From NCBI GenBank assembly GCA_011109175.1, contig RDEW01000012.1, positions 516,762-580,761 of the forward strand: DNA of 64,000 nucleotides, written 5' to 3'. Below are positions 1 through 11,690 of the stretch, piece after piece; position 1 is the stretch's first letter, and every line of letters starts with the position of its first letter. A program made the position numbers and the translations under genes. The notes under the pieces are model-generated. The model worked only from the letters and a program-made list of their open reading frames with translations. It ran no database searches and was not told the origin of the DNA. The stretch comes from Dicyema japonicum. Its lineage: Eukaryota > Animalia > Dicyemida.

Positions 1-720
1 GGTGTGGAAGCGTCAACAAATATACGTTGAAAAAGGTTGGGCTCATTACTGACCCCCGGTTAAATCTAAACAAACTAGATCGACAACCTTTATTCCTCAC
101 GTAGTTCATCCGGTCCTCTAAGAAGCTGGAAATCCAACTTCTCAGCTCCAAGGGAATTCCTGCCTCGACCAGGGCGCATCGGAGGCCGTCGTGCCAGACC
201 GAGTCGAACGCCCTTACATCAAGAAACAGTGCTACTGTGCACTTGTTTATTTTTCTCTGGTCGCGGATATGAGAGGTCAACCTCTAAAGGCAATCACCAG
301 AGGATCGCCCCTCAGGAATCCCATCTGAAGGTCTGAGAGGGTGGCTTTTATTATGCATTCCTAGGGTACCTCTTTTGTATCACTCTCTCTAAGATTTTAG
401 CGACGGCAGGCAACCGACTAATAGAGCGATAGCTACTAGGATCTTCCGGAGGTTTTCCTGGTTTCCTTACAAAACCAGTTCCACCTTCTTCTAACGCCTA
501 GGAACGTGTCCCAACCTGAAGCTACCGTTATAAAGCCTTACTAATCCTTTCAGTAGACTTACCGGGGTATGCTTGAAGTTAAGACCAGGAAAAGATGCGA
601 AGACAGCTGAGGGAGCCCAGGATCACCTGAATTTTCTCATTCAGAATATGAAGGTGGTTTTTTTAACCCAAGACCACGGTAAAACCAAACTAATTATCAC
701 GTGATCCCGATGCATTCTAA
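1..720 (-). mobile_element. Degenerate LINE (Jockey/I-like) reverse transcriptase fragment
   Basis: Minus strand reads KPGKPPEDPSSYRSISRLPAVAKILERV...QMGFLRG...LFLDVRAFDSVWHDGL...GSVMSPTFFN, with stops and frameshifts. Confidence 0.85.
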
Positions 721-1020
721 CAGAGACCTCACCTTTGCCCGGTGTTCTTCCTTGGTGCCTGCGCATTAAAGTACTGGACGGCTGCCTGAATTTTCAGGGC
801 CACCTTCTTGTGATCTGGAGTCTAGTCTCATAAGGGCCTCCAGAGGCGTAGGTCCGGTTCGGTGATCTTCACAAATCCAACGCTAATAAATATAATAATA
901 ATATTCGCACTTTCCGATGGAGCCATATCAGTTATTACTCCCTCCAGGCGGAACACACACTTTATTTTAAGCAAAGAACAGTTATAGCTAATCGAAGGAG
1001 GGTCAGTGAATGCTCTTCAA

Positions 1021-1212
1021 TTTTTGTTTTCTTTTTCTTGGGTGTATGTTCTTTATAGACAATGCGGTTCCGCAGTGAAGTTCGCTGATGACGGCGTCAC
1101 TGGTCAAGCCAAAGCATATTGATGCGTGGAACCTTCAACTGAAATGTTCAGTATCGGGATTCGAACAAGCGACCTTCAGGCCTCTTGCCCGGCAACCGTC
1201 ACACTGCGCCAG
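1021..1212 (-). mobile_element. tRNA-derived SINE candidate
   Basis: Minus strand has an A-box-like TGGCGCAGTGTG (about 1200-1211), a B-box GTTCGAATCCC (1156-1166) and an A-rich tail (about 1021-1040); no complete cloverleaf. Confidence 0.55.
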
Positions 1213-1570
1213 AACAAATAAACCAGACCAGTATATTCTATGTTGTCGTGTGAACAAAAAATACTGGATTTAAAAACCGGGCATCTTTTCGTGATGTTGT
1301 AATATAGTTGCCAAATCCAAATCTGTCATTCCATTTGTCTTTCTTTCTCGGTGGGCCTGGAGTTAATAAATAATGATAACTTCAAATCTGTTCACCATTT
1401 TAGGATTTGCACCAGGGTAATACAAGACTGCTCACCCATCAATATATTCGACTCATCCGTCATCTCTTTTGCTAAGGAAGTCAATCTTCCATGAAATCTT
1501 CAGGTTTTTTGACTTGATTGTGATCTTTTGAAATAGTCATCTGGTTGGTCTCCTACATATTTGATACTCA
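1213..1570 (-). pseudogene. Decayed paralog of the membrane-protein gene at 53502-54209
   Basis: Translates KSKNLKISWKIDFLS..DG*VEYID..VLYYPGANPKMV..RFGFGNYITTSR..LNPVFFV, matching ORF 53502-53828; contains stops and a 56-bp insertion. Confidence 0.8.
1327..1382 (+). mobile_element. 56-bp 5'-truncated retroposon (LINE/SINE 3' end) with 9-bp TSD
   Basis: CAAATCTGT at 1318-1326 and 1383-1391; insert ends TTCTTTCTCGGTG..CTGGAGTTAATAAATAATGATAAC; the paralog at about 53610 shows the empty site. Confidence 0.8.
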
Positions 1571-2145
1571 TTTTTGACATACAAAGCAATTTTTCAAGAA
1601 AAGGTATATTTGTCCACTCCTTACCAACCTCCACGAATAGCGAAACTTTATACTCTTAAAGGGAATCTCAGCAAAACCATCAATTCTTCGCGTCTCAGGT
1701 AATTGGGTGGCATGTAGACTTAGTGGGAAGTGTCATTGACACGGGGATCCTCTCTTGAGCCCCCATAAGCACGTAATGGGCGAGAGAAATGTCAAATAGA
1801 GTGGCCGTTTATCTATATTAGTGACTCCAGAGATGTTGGTGCTGGGCATTTCTTTCCAAAAATCTACCTTTTATCTTCATAGAATGTGTTCAATGAGCCT
1901 CAAGAAGCCTATGAATAGAAGATGCATGGTTATACGTATTGCTTGTATATACAATCGAAGACCGGATTACCGTTATGTGGTTCACCGTATAGATTTGTAT
2001 TCAGGGAATAAAGGAGTAGGGATATTTGGATGTCAAAGCCGAAAATCTTTTTTGTAAAGTAGCTAAAATACTATCATTTTTGTTTTATATGAAATTTACT
2101 AATAAATTAATAATAAAAAATATTTAAATCAAATAACGTGGTTGG

Positions 2146-2468
2146 ATGGTTTGTTGTTGCACTAATTTGTAGGGAAAAACAAAGAAGGTTGGTATTTGCG
2201 GGAAGTATGGCGTCCGTTATGGTTCATCTCTGAGAAAATCCATTAAAAAGATTGAGATTTCTCAGCACGCTAAATATCCTTGCCCATTCTGTGGCAAAGA
2301 AGCAGTGAAACGTAAGGCTGTCGGAATATGGAAATGCAGAAAGTGTAAGAGGATGATTGCTGGTGGAGCCTGGAGCTTAACGTATATCATAATATTCAAT
2401 ATAGGACTGCCTCTGGTGTGACTGTCAGGAGTACTATCAGACGCCTTAGGGAACTACACGTTGACTAA
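2146..2468 (+). CDS. RPL37A: 60S ribosomal protein L37a (eL43), 3 exons
   Basis: M|[42 protein letters not shown]...GGAWSLT|[16 protein letters not shown]; introns 2149-2172 (24 nt) and 2382-2404 (23 nt). Confidence 0.97.
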
Positions 2469-3021
2469 CTATTCTGTTATTATTTTATTCCTTTTGTGAT
2501 TTTTTCATTTTTTAGAATATATATTACTGCGTCTATTCTATCAGTTGGTTAAGGCATCAGTATTGACTCCTGGGGTATTGGGAGTTTACTTGCGTGCAGA
2601 GGAATGCATTATTTGGTTGACCATTGCTTATGAGTTTGTTATTTGGTGCTTAAACAGTAAAAATTATGCAGTGTGATCTTACATAAATGTCCTTATTATT
2701 AGTTGGTGTCTTAATTAGCAAGGATCGGTACTTTTGGTGGCTATGAAAAGAGGAGACTCATTTGTGTTCAAGTCCGTGTAATTTTTTGAATCCAATCGAG
2801 AGTTGTCCTAATAATGACAGTTCATCCCCCTTTTCATTATACAATCACCTCTTCACGTTTGATAACTCAATGATCCTCTTCACGTGTATATGCTAACACT
2901 ACTCGACATGACTACGATAGTTATTTCCATAAACCTAAAGCAGTCTGATCAGCTAAATGGAAAAACCCGCTCATTCAAACAAAAATAAAATTTTATTAAA
3001 ATTAAATAAAACAGACTAAAG

Positions 3022-3757
3022 TCAGTCTCCAACTGTTTGGGGGGAGGACTGCAATCCCTGGATAAAACAGCCAGGCAGAGCATCCTCCAACAAAAGCGCT
3101 ATTAAATCATTATTCTCGACTCCCCATATTACTGGCACGAGTCTCTTCAATTTCCAAAACTAAGCGAATCGCTTACTTGAAACAGTGGAGAGTGGCCAAT
3201 CCGTTCTCGCTCACAGAGGGACACCCACTGACATCCAAGTACTCCAATGTGTTGCTAAATGAGGACAATCTGTCCAAAACAAAGTCGTCCACATGCTCAC
3301 AGTTACTTATGTCAAGATACAAAAGATTTTGTACTTTTTCTACCATAAAAAGACACAAAACCTATATATTCAAGCAAGTCATAGAAGAACATGGTCTTTG
3401 AGGCATTGATGGCTTCAATCTTTAAATGAGGGACATAAAAGGTTGGGAGAGACTCCTCTCTGATAATCCAACTTTGATTATTCATTGGAACAACCGAGAT
3501 TGGTCGTGAAACTTTACTGCACCTTTGTAACGAAGAATAATATTTGCAGAGGCAATCTCATCCCCGTATATGAGTTTCCTCTCACATCGCTTCCTATTTA
3601 ATGAGGGAATAAAGCACCTGAACCGAGCTTTATAGTGTTCAGTGAGGGAGTTGCTTACCATTTCACTGAATATTTCATAATTTGATATATTCCACAGATA
3701 CTTCATAAAATGCCGAATTCCACGGCGTTGAGTCCGTACAAGATTTCCCACAAACAT
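3022..3757 (-). CDS. DMAC2: Distal membrane-arm assembly complex protein 2 (ATP5SL)-like, 4 exons
   Basis: YGDEIASANIILRYKGAVKF...LPTFYVPHLKIEAINAS...LYLDISNCEHVDDFVLDRL..LEYLDVSGCPSVSENGLATL..KLKRL..LLLEDALPGC after removing 22-23 nt introns. Confidence 0.8.
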
Positions 3758-3864
3758 TGAGATAATTTAAAAATTTACTTATTTTAATGATATTTTATTT
3801 TATATTTATTTATTTATAACCTTGTGTTATGTTAATTCGTGACACTACAAGCAATTCAACCACT

Positions 3865-4013
3865 CCACTGAGGGGTTTTCACAACTGCAAGTATGGACGT
3901 CTTTTACCCTTTATGTTGATTCCGGATGGACTCTGTTTCTGGAAACTGGATACACTTAATTAGTTGTTTACCTTAACTTCTTTCTCGGTGTACCTGGGTT
4001 AATAAATTATAAT
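3865..4013 (+). mobile_element. About 150-bp retroposon 3' fragment, same family as 1327-1382
   Basis: Ends TTCTTTCTCGGTGTACCTGGGTTAATAAATTATAAT; candidate 7-bp TSD AACCACT at 3858-3864 and 4014-4020. Confidence 0.6.
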
Positions 4014-4289
4014 AACCACTGGACTAGTTTATACCTATAACAACGGTCCTTGGTTAGAAGTTATCATAGATACTTGATTGAATTCCTCTTCCTATTCTCA
4101 GACAATGTTAGAAACTATGAGGGAACTATCGACGGCTTAGAAGATATCAATAATTTAAAATGAATTGAAAATTATATTTTAGGCGCCAAAATAAGGTCTG
4201 ATGACATGGGAGTGATTCCAGGTTAGCAAAAATCATAAGTTTTTATAATAGTGTACCAATATTATAAAAATTTTGACTATTTTTCTGTG

Positions 4290-5110
4290 TTATATTTGTG
4301 AGTATCCCAATCAGCAAATCCCGACACCAGGGATTTGGTAGGCATCCCACCAACAACCACTATCCTCCATCCATGCCGGGCGAAAGCAATCCAGGCGGCG
4401 TTGGTCGGGGTTTTTCCTGATTTCCAAAAAATGTGAAGTGATTGCTATTTCGTCCAAAACCTTTGAGAAAATTCATATGTTGGGGAGGAAGGGCCAACCT
4501 GTTAGGGCTTCTGAGAAAGCCTTTTCGAAGATCTTGAAGTGTTGAATAAATCTCAAAAGATATGAAACACATGTAACAGGGAACGTAATGTCGGCCACAG
4601 ATCTGAGGCTGAAGACCTTCCAGTCGTTGGGAGTTTGCACTGTGAATGGAAGACCTCCGACTGTAGCGTCATCCAGACATCATACAATGAACTGGTTTAT
4701 GGCGAAGACTCAGGTCTGGTCGAGGTGGGAAGGGGTTATATAAATCTAAATCACAAGTTTGTCCGGGAAATCAGCTGCTTGAGCTTTGATGATGGACGAG
4801 ATAGATTATCCAGGTGCTTGTGGCCTGCCGAGAACATATGGGCAAATAGAAAAAAACATAACACCACTGTCGATCTCCAGATGACACGAGGGTGTCATTA
4901 ATAAACTGGTAAGGCAGGAAGTTGTCCGATCTGCACCCCCTGGGAACACTTGGTACTGGAGTAATGTTTCTTGACTTCTGTATGTGGGTGATAAAGATCA
5001 GACCGTTCATCTCCGTGAAAAAAGTAAAGACCAAGAGGGGAGTGGATTTCAAGTTTGCGGGGTTTGTCCTTTTAATGGAGAATAGATTTCAGTGGAACGA
5101 CAAGTGTTGA
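4290..5110 (-). CDS. Probable multi-exon gene of unknown function; exon structure unresolved
   Basis: Coding-like GC content between AT-rich flanks, overlapping open frames and candidate GT-AG micro-introns; no recognisable motif. Confidence 0.3.
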
Positions 5111-5289
5111 ATTTTTTCGTATCCAACATCTTTTTTTAACCCAAGAACATCAATGGTTAATTTAACTACTAAATTAATCAAGTGATCACTAGGACGATTT
5201 TTATTTTCACTTTATAAATCGGAAATTTTGACCTAAAAATTGACTTTATTATTATTAAAAAGCACTCCCGAGAAAACATAAAATAAGTT

Positions 5290-5690
5290 AAGTTTCTCTT
5301 GTGCCGTATTCCGAATCATCCTCCGTTAGCTTCGACCATGATCTTCTGTTGCGCACTAGTTCTCCTGGGTAGTCCAGGTCGTCCGCCATTTCCATTATAA
5401 TATCAGACAATGTCCACACTTTTGTAACTAGTGAATCAGGTCCTGATGGACTGCAAATTCGAGACCATAATGTCGGCAAGCCGACGGGAGAATAAAAGGT
5501 GGAATTTTCCAAACAGTTTTGTACGTTGTAGGGTCGTTTTTGTCTCTTGTAGACAGCAGACCGAGACGTCATATTTGGTTAGATCGTATACCAGTTGGTG
5601 TTTCTTGTAAGGTCGTTTAAGTCCTCTGCAATTGAAAGATCCCAGAGTGAACGGAAAAGTCAGTAAGGAATACGAATAAGACATAGTGCA
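5290..5690 (-). mobile_element. LINE APE endonuclease N-terminal fragment
   Basis: LGSFNCRGL...YDVSVCCLQETK (APE motifs I-II), followed by frameshifts. Confidence 0.8.
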
Positions 5691-6839
5691 ATATAGGTGG
5701 TCGTCACCACCTCGACCTAAAAATTGACTTTAAAAGTTCAAAATTTTGACCTTTTTTGACTTTATGATAAATTTATTTACAAAAAAATTTTTAATACAAA
5801 AAAACTAATCAAAATCTTTATTAAAATACAGAATAATGTAATTCAAAACGTTTTAGGGTTTAAAATTTCTGTCTTTAGATAGTAATTTTTTTAAGATGAC
5901 TTCTCTCAATGATGTGGAAGGACACTTTTTTCAGATAGCTGTATTTGTTTTTCCACTTTTGTGATAGAAAGCACTTGATTAACAAATAATCTTGATTCCA
6001 GTACTTCCCGATTCCACATAAATCGTCTCCGAAATGCAATTTCTGAATGTTTTCAACAGCGTCTAGCGATCTATCGCAAAATCCCTTAGAACATTGTCAA
6101 TTATCTGACAGATAATCGAAGAGTTAGTCGTAGAAGACAATAGCGACAAGATATTAAAATATTTTCATGGGGAAGTTATAAATGTCCTACACAAATTCCA
6201 AAAAAATTTCTTTGTGAGTTGATAGAAAATTCATTAGGATATTTCTAACAACTGACTTAATCTTTTCAGTGTCATTCTTGATTGAACACAGCAGTAAATA
6301 ATGATAATTGATTCCACGCTAATATTTTATTTAAAAAACTCGAAAAAATAAAATAATAAAAATCAATAAAAAAGCTTCCAGAGATACCTTCAACATATTG
6401 GAAAAGGACATGTGTGTTATGATTCAATAATTAATTTTGCGCATATTTAACGATTTAATAATTAATTGTTTTTGATGGCTTTAGGTATTATGGTTTTCGC
6501 GAAAGTTCTTAATATTTCCGTTGGAGTAGGAAAAGCTATTGGACACCAAGCGATCGACTCCCTTTCTCTTACAGACATAGTGGGAAGTGTGGTAAACGAG
6601 CCGCAGAAAGGAAAGAAGCAGGAAAGGCTCCTGACTGGTTCACATTCCGTGTTATCGTTGTTGAGAAAACTGTAAACATAACCTGTCTTTTCTCAAAAAA
6701 CTTTACGCTTTGCTAGAGTCAGGACCATCCATGAAACCTATTGACTCCTCCAGTTGATCTCCTTTGCTGCTATAAGTAAATGGGGATTAATAGTAATAAA
6801 TGTAATTTACAAATATTATTAAGTTAAGAACAAGTATTT

Positions 6840-9002
6840 ACTTAATTTGAAAGTTTTCCACGAGCCATTGCTAAATTAAGGATAAAATTACATTAAATTT
6901 GGTTTCATCAATGACAAATACAAACTGACTGATGAACCCAATGCTGGCGAAAATGTCCGGGTTTCTTATTTCGTATTCCTTCAAAGTCTTCAATACCTTG
7001 TAAAATCTGCTTTTATTGATTTCCAATTTTCCGACATTCTTCAGAATCAGCATTTCCGTACCTTCAAAGACAAAACCATAAGCTTTTGAAGGACTTCCCT
7101 AAATTTCCACTTTAATCGCACGGATTCGTCGAGTTTGCTCTTCAAAAGTAAGTACCTTCAAATGAACATCAGTGTCCACCATTTGTCGCATTTGTTACTC
7201 TTCAGTTGGAGCTTCTGGTACATCTGCTCCTGTCTGAGACACTCATCCCTAAATGTCTTTATATCACGTGTGAAATTGGTCATATTCAGACTCGACATTG
7301 CACTCAGACGAGCACTGGCCACTCTATTACGGGATCTATAACTGAATTTGAACTCCTGACCTGTTCATGTCCTCAAACATAAAGTCAAAGTCAAGGTTGT
7401 TGTCCTTCTGGCAGATCTGGAACTCATTCTGCCTTTCAACAATATTCTTTATGTGTGCACTGTTTATTTTGTTGTACTTCTTTTTAATTTCATCACGACT
7501 GTCTCTTTGATACCAAAACTACATCTTTGTGGTGGAGTCACTCTCTGGAAGTGGAAGTTGGGGACTCTGACCCTCACTCCTTAGAATTTTGTCTAGTTCT
7601 TTCTAAAATATGTTGATTTTGCTAACAGAAATTTTGATTCGTTCGCTCAACATTAAGCGTCCGTCAGGCCAGTCCCTCCTTAAGGTAAATAAAGTCTCGA
7701 CCTCTTCTGGACGTCGCTACTGTCGTCTATGAACACATTGAATGAATTCTCGATTTCGTCGTCGTCAATGGAGTGCTCAAAGGACCTTACCTTTAGTTTG
7801 TCGAATTCAATGTCAATTTGGAATGACGAGACGGTCTCTATGAGTCAAAACATAGCAAAACCTTCTGATTGAGTATCGAAGGAAGAGACAGACTCTATGC
7901 AGTCAAAGTCAAAGGATCTGAGGTTGTTGATGGAGTTCAAATGAGGTATACAAGGCTTGTTGAAAGTCATCTTCTAATTTTGACCCCAACATAACTAACC
8001 ACAACGGAGCTTCTCTTTGGTTGTCGCTCTTTAACAACATTGCTGGATAAAATCAATAATTACTTGATGTTCCAGGATTGGGAGATCTTGTAAGGGAGTA
8101 GATCAGGATACAGTATTGTGTTCTCGAGAATCCAGGCGAGTGAACAGATCTGACGAAATATAGAAGACCTAGGAGTAACAAGGTATCAAACTCATCAACG
8201 AATCTGTTCTTGGGAGATCCGAGACCGAAGCGACTTGGATTAAACAACGAGCTTTTCGGTCTCTCAGACTTTTTTGGAAGGTATTTCCTGGGAGTTAAAC
8301 GTCTGAATGCCTGTTATCGACCTGAAGTAAGTGATCGGAGGTACGAGGTCTCTTTGACGTCCCACAGGAGTCATTCAGGTTTGAAACCACGTCGTTTGTG
8401 TTTTCAGTATAAAGAATCTCAACGTCGGAGTCACTACTGCAGGAGTCGACCTCATTCCACTCCTGTCGTTTTTTCTCCTTCAATATTTCAACTTCTCTCT
8501 CCTTCTCCAGCCTCTCTGCCTCGAATTTGTCGAACAGAGAATGTCCGTTTTGAACGAGTTTTAAAATTCGTCTGCAAGTGAATTCACAGTTAACTTTTGC
8601 TTGTTTACTCTGTTTTGCACAAAACTGCTGTTTTTCGTCTTTTTTATGCTATTTAGCGAAATATTAGCCTAAAATACAATTTACTAATTACCACAGCTTT
8701 TTCATCCTCTGAAGTCACATTGGAGTCATTGTCGTCGTATTTAGTTGTCTCTTCCTACAGGTTAGTGGATAGAATACGATTTTCATGTTGAGAGATTCCT
8801 TAATGAGCTTTTTAGTGCTTAAGATGACTGTGTCTCCGATTAGGGAGTAGGGACGTAGTTCCGATGAGTAATACCCCTGTTCTGTTTGTTGACGATGTCT
8901 TCTGGAGTAATTGGCATTCCGAATGGTTTGACGGTCAGGAAAGTCACTCATCATCGCTGAAGTTGTTCTCATTAATATTTTTTCTCTTCTTTGGGTAGAC
9001 AT
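6840..9002 (-). CDS. Orphan multi-exon protein with acidic/coiled-coil segments; 3' end uncertain
   Basis: ATG at 9002 behind an AT-rich promoter; ORF pieces join in frame on removing 21-24 nt GT-AG introns (e.g. gtattctatccactaacctgtag, gtcgagactttatttaccttaag, gtggacactgatgttcatttgaag); some junctions near 8250-8350 unresolved. Confidence 0.6.
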
Positions 9003-9980
9003 TTATGTTTCTATGACATTATTTAAATTTTTATTAAATTTATTTTAATAAAATTTATTTATTTTGAAATAAAACATTTAAAATTTATTATCAAATGTTT
9101 ATTTGTTGATAGATTTTACTTTGTAAAAAATCCCTTTTAATTGTCTTCAAACCTACTAGCAACAATATTTTTTTTAATTTCACTTCATTTAAATTTTAGT
9201 AGTCTGTCTTAATTTTAGTAATTATTGATTAAAGTTTAGCAACTAAAATCGAAATCTTAATTTCCCTTACGCATGTGAGGTATTATTCTCATAAATAAGC
9301 TATTTTATGTACTAAAATACGTATTCCCAAGCTTATAGTAATAAATTAAATTTAACCTCTCATAATGTCAATGAATTGGATACATCCCAGGGTGAGCTTC
9401 CAATATTATACAAGACTATCTATAACCAGCGGAAGTCAGAGAAAGAATCATGTCCTTGTAGTTATGGAAAGCACTCTAATTGAGTGGAGAGAGCAAATAC
9501 TCTATTTTCAAGCCATCTTGGTAGAATAAGGAAGATAAAGCTTATGGGATAAAATTATGGTTTAAAGTCGATCTCTGACTATGATAAATCGATATTTCAT
9601 GGTTGTTATTAATTTTTGATAGGTCGTCTTTGAAAACAATCGGAAGTCTTGTTCTAGACTTTTTGAGAATTTAGGTGATTCTTGCGTGAAATAGTCCACC
9701 ATTGGCAGAGGTCACTAGGCGTTGAACGTTGCATAAAAGTTATAATTAAGAATTAAGATTGTAAAAATTCTAGAATTTTCGCATTTTGTTTCATGATCCT
9801 ACAAGTTCTTTTAATTATGGGATGGACGGGAGTCCAACCATAGAAAGGGGAGACATGGGGTTTTATCCATCTAAGTAGATATTCCGTGCAATTTAGGTAC
9901 GTAACCACATCTTTATTTTCGCATCTAAAATTAAAAAATGATAAATGTTTGTAAAAGTTTATTTATTATACAATCAAATA

Positions 9981-11690
9981 TGTCACATGGGCCAAGCGAT
10001 ACCTATGGGCTGCCTGTTACATTAACCTTGAACCAAAATAAACTTCAATTAATTTTATAAATGATTTATTAACCACAAAAAATTAAATTTAAGTAACTTT
10101 TTTTAGTCTACTCATTAATACAGTCGATATTTATCCTTTTGAATTTTTTATCTATCAAATTAAACTATTTAAAACTACCTCCACCCGATTATTCGATAAA
10201 ATATTAATTATTTCTGCAACTGGATAATACTGAGACTCAAACTTATCCACTCGCAATGAGGGATATGCTCCAAAGTCCTTTTTAGCTCGAACCTATTTAT
10301 TAATGTTTTTATTCATACTTTATCTCCCATGTTGAAAGTATATTTACTATTATGAACATTCATTTTCCTGTTCATAGCTTTGTAACAATTCGAATTTTCT
10401 TCAATCGATTTAATTTCGAAATTGAACCTCTTCGCATTCGGACACAAATTATCTGACTGGGAATTATCTAGATATAAATTTTTTAAATCAAACTACGTGA
10501 ATTTTCAATAGATTCTGGAGTCGAACAATTAACCAAATCGTCAATTTGTTCTGGAATCGCACACTCATCACTTAAATTATCTAAGTCATAATGATATAAG
10601 TATAACCATTAATTATTGAATTTATTCCCTTAATTCCTCGATATCTTTCGAAAGGACTTTCGTTAGAAAATGAATGGACCGATATGTTATAACTGTAGAC
10701 AGCACTTTCTAATTTATCAAGCCACTTTTTTTCACTGTTATCCAGCATTTTTGACAACTTCCTCGTGATCGTCTGATTAAATCTTTCGACAATTCCTTGT
10801 GCTCGTGGATTGTTAGGCCTTCCGTGAATTTGCTTAATGTTAAAATCTTAGCAAAGTTTTGTTATTATTGACTTTTTAAATTCAGAACCATTGTCCACTG
10901 AAGAAATTTACATGGCCCATTCAGGCGGAACAAAGATCTTAAGTTTTCACATACTTCTTTACCAGACTTATTATAGAGTGGTCGTACAAAAGCGAATCTA
11001 TAAATTAAAAAATACCTGAAAACGTTCATTTGGAGAAGAAGCAAACATATGGTGATTTATATCTCCAATTATAAAAAATCACGAACTTTTAAAGGACGCG
11101 AAAATTTGCAGACTTCAAAATTTCGAATGAGTTTTCTGATAATCTCATTCTTTACAGTGAAGTATCTTTGTCGACATTCATACTCAATTTTATTGACTCC
11201 TCCGTGTGAAAACTCGTGCAACGATTTCGCAACATGCTCCATTTCGGTTTCATTATCCAGGGATATGACTAACTTGGATCAGTTGATTTAAGATACAGTC
11301 TAAAATTATTGCAAATTTACAATACCTGTCATTGATAATGGCAAAATTATCTATCTTCTTTAAGCCTATATTTTCGGTGCCTCGGAAGATTTTCGGGAAA
11401 TTTATCATGCAAAGCATCTTTTAAAGTTTGATATTTAACGCAATCTTTCACAAAACACTTGTAAGAAGCCATTGCAACAAAATAATCTTCCATGCTATAA
11501 ATCACGCTAGAAATATAGGTTTACCGCTATAAAAAATAAAATTTTTATAATCATAACATTCATGAATAAAAAACTAATTTAACAGGATTAAATCACGATA
11601 TAAATCGGATATACAAAATTAAATGTCGGATAATCAAAAGACCTTTTCAAGGTCGAAAAAATGTAACAGGCTGCTCATGCCCATGTAACA
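9981..11690 (-). mobile_element. Ginger2/TDD-like integrase DNA transposon, defective, with TIRs and 5-bp TSD
   Basis: TIRs TGTCACATGGGC..TGGGCTGCCTGTTACA (9981-10021) and its inverted copy (11662-11690); AAATA at 9976-9980 and 11691-11695; minus strand encodes H..HGGVNKIEYECRQRYF...C, DNGSEF..HGRPNNPRAQGIVERFNQTI..YN..H. Confidence 0.85.

Noticed and set aside
1600-2060. Possible piggyBac or gene fragment, with faint similarity to 11750-12900 and 52550-53460
   Set aside because: No diagnostic motif and only 4-5 residue matches; homology cannot be supported by eye
5040-5110. In-frame TAA in an otherwise open frame, suggesting stop-codon reassignment
   Set aside because: TAA is the normal stop of RPL37A, NDUFS3 and IQCD in this window; unresolved micro-introns explain such stops
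7660-7710. RLYLP*GGTGL on the minus strand resembling the R4/NeSL thumb motif
   Set aside because: The segment is better explained as a 23-nt GT-AG intron (gtcgagactttatttaccttaag) of the orphan host gene; no RT motifs nearby
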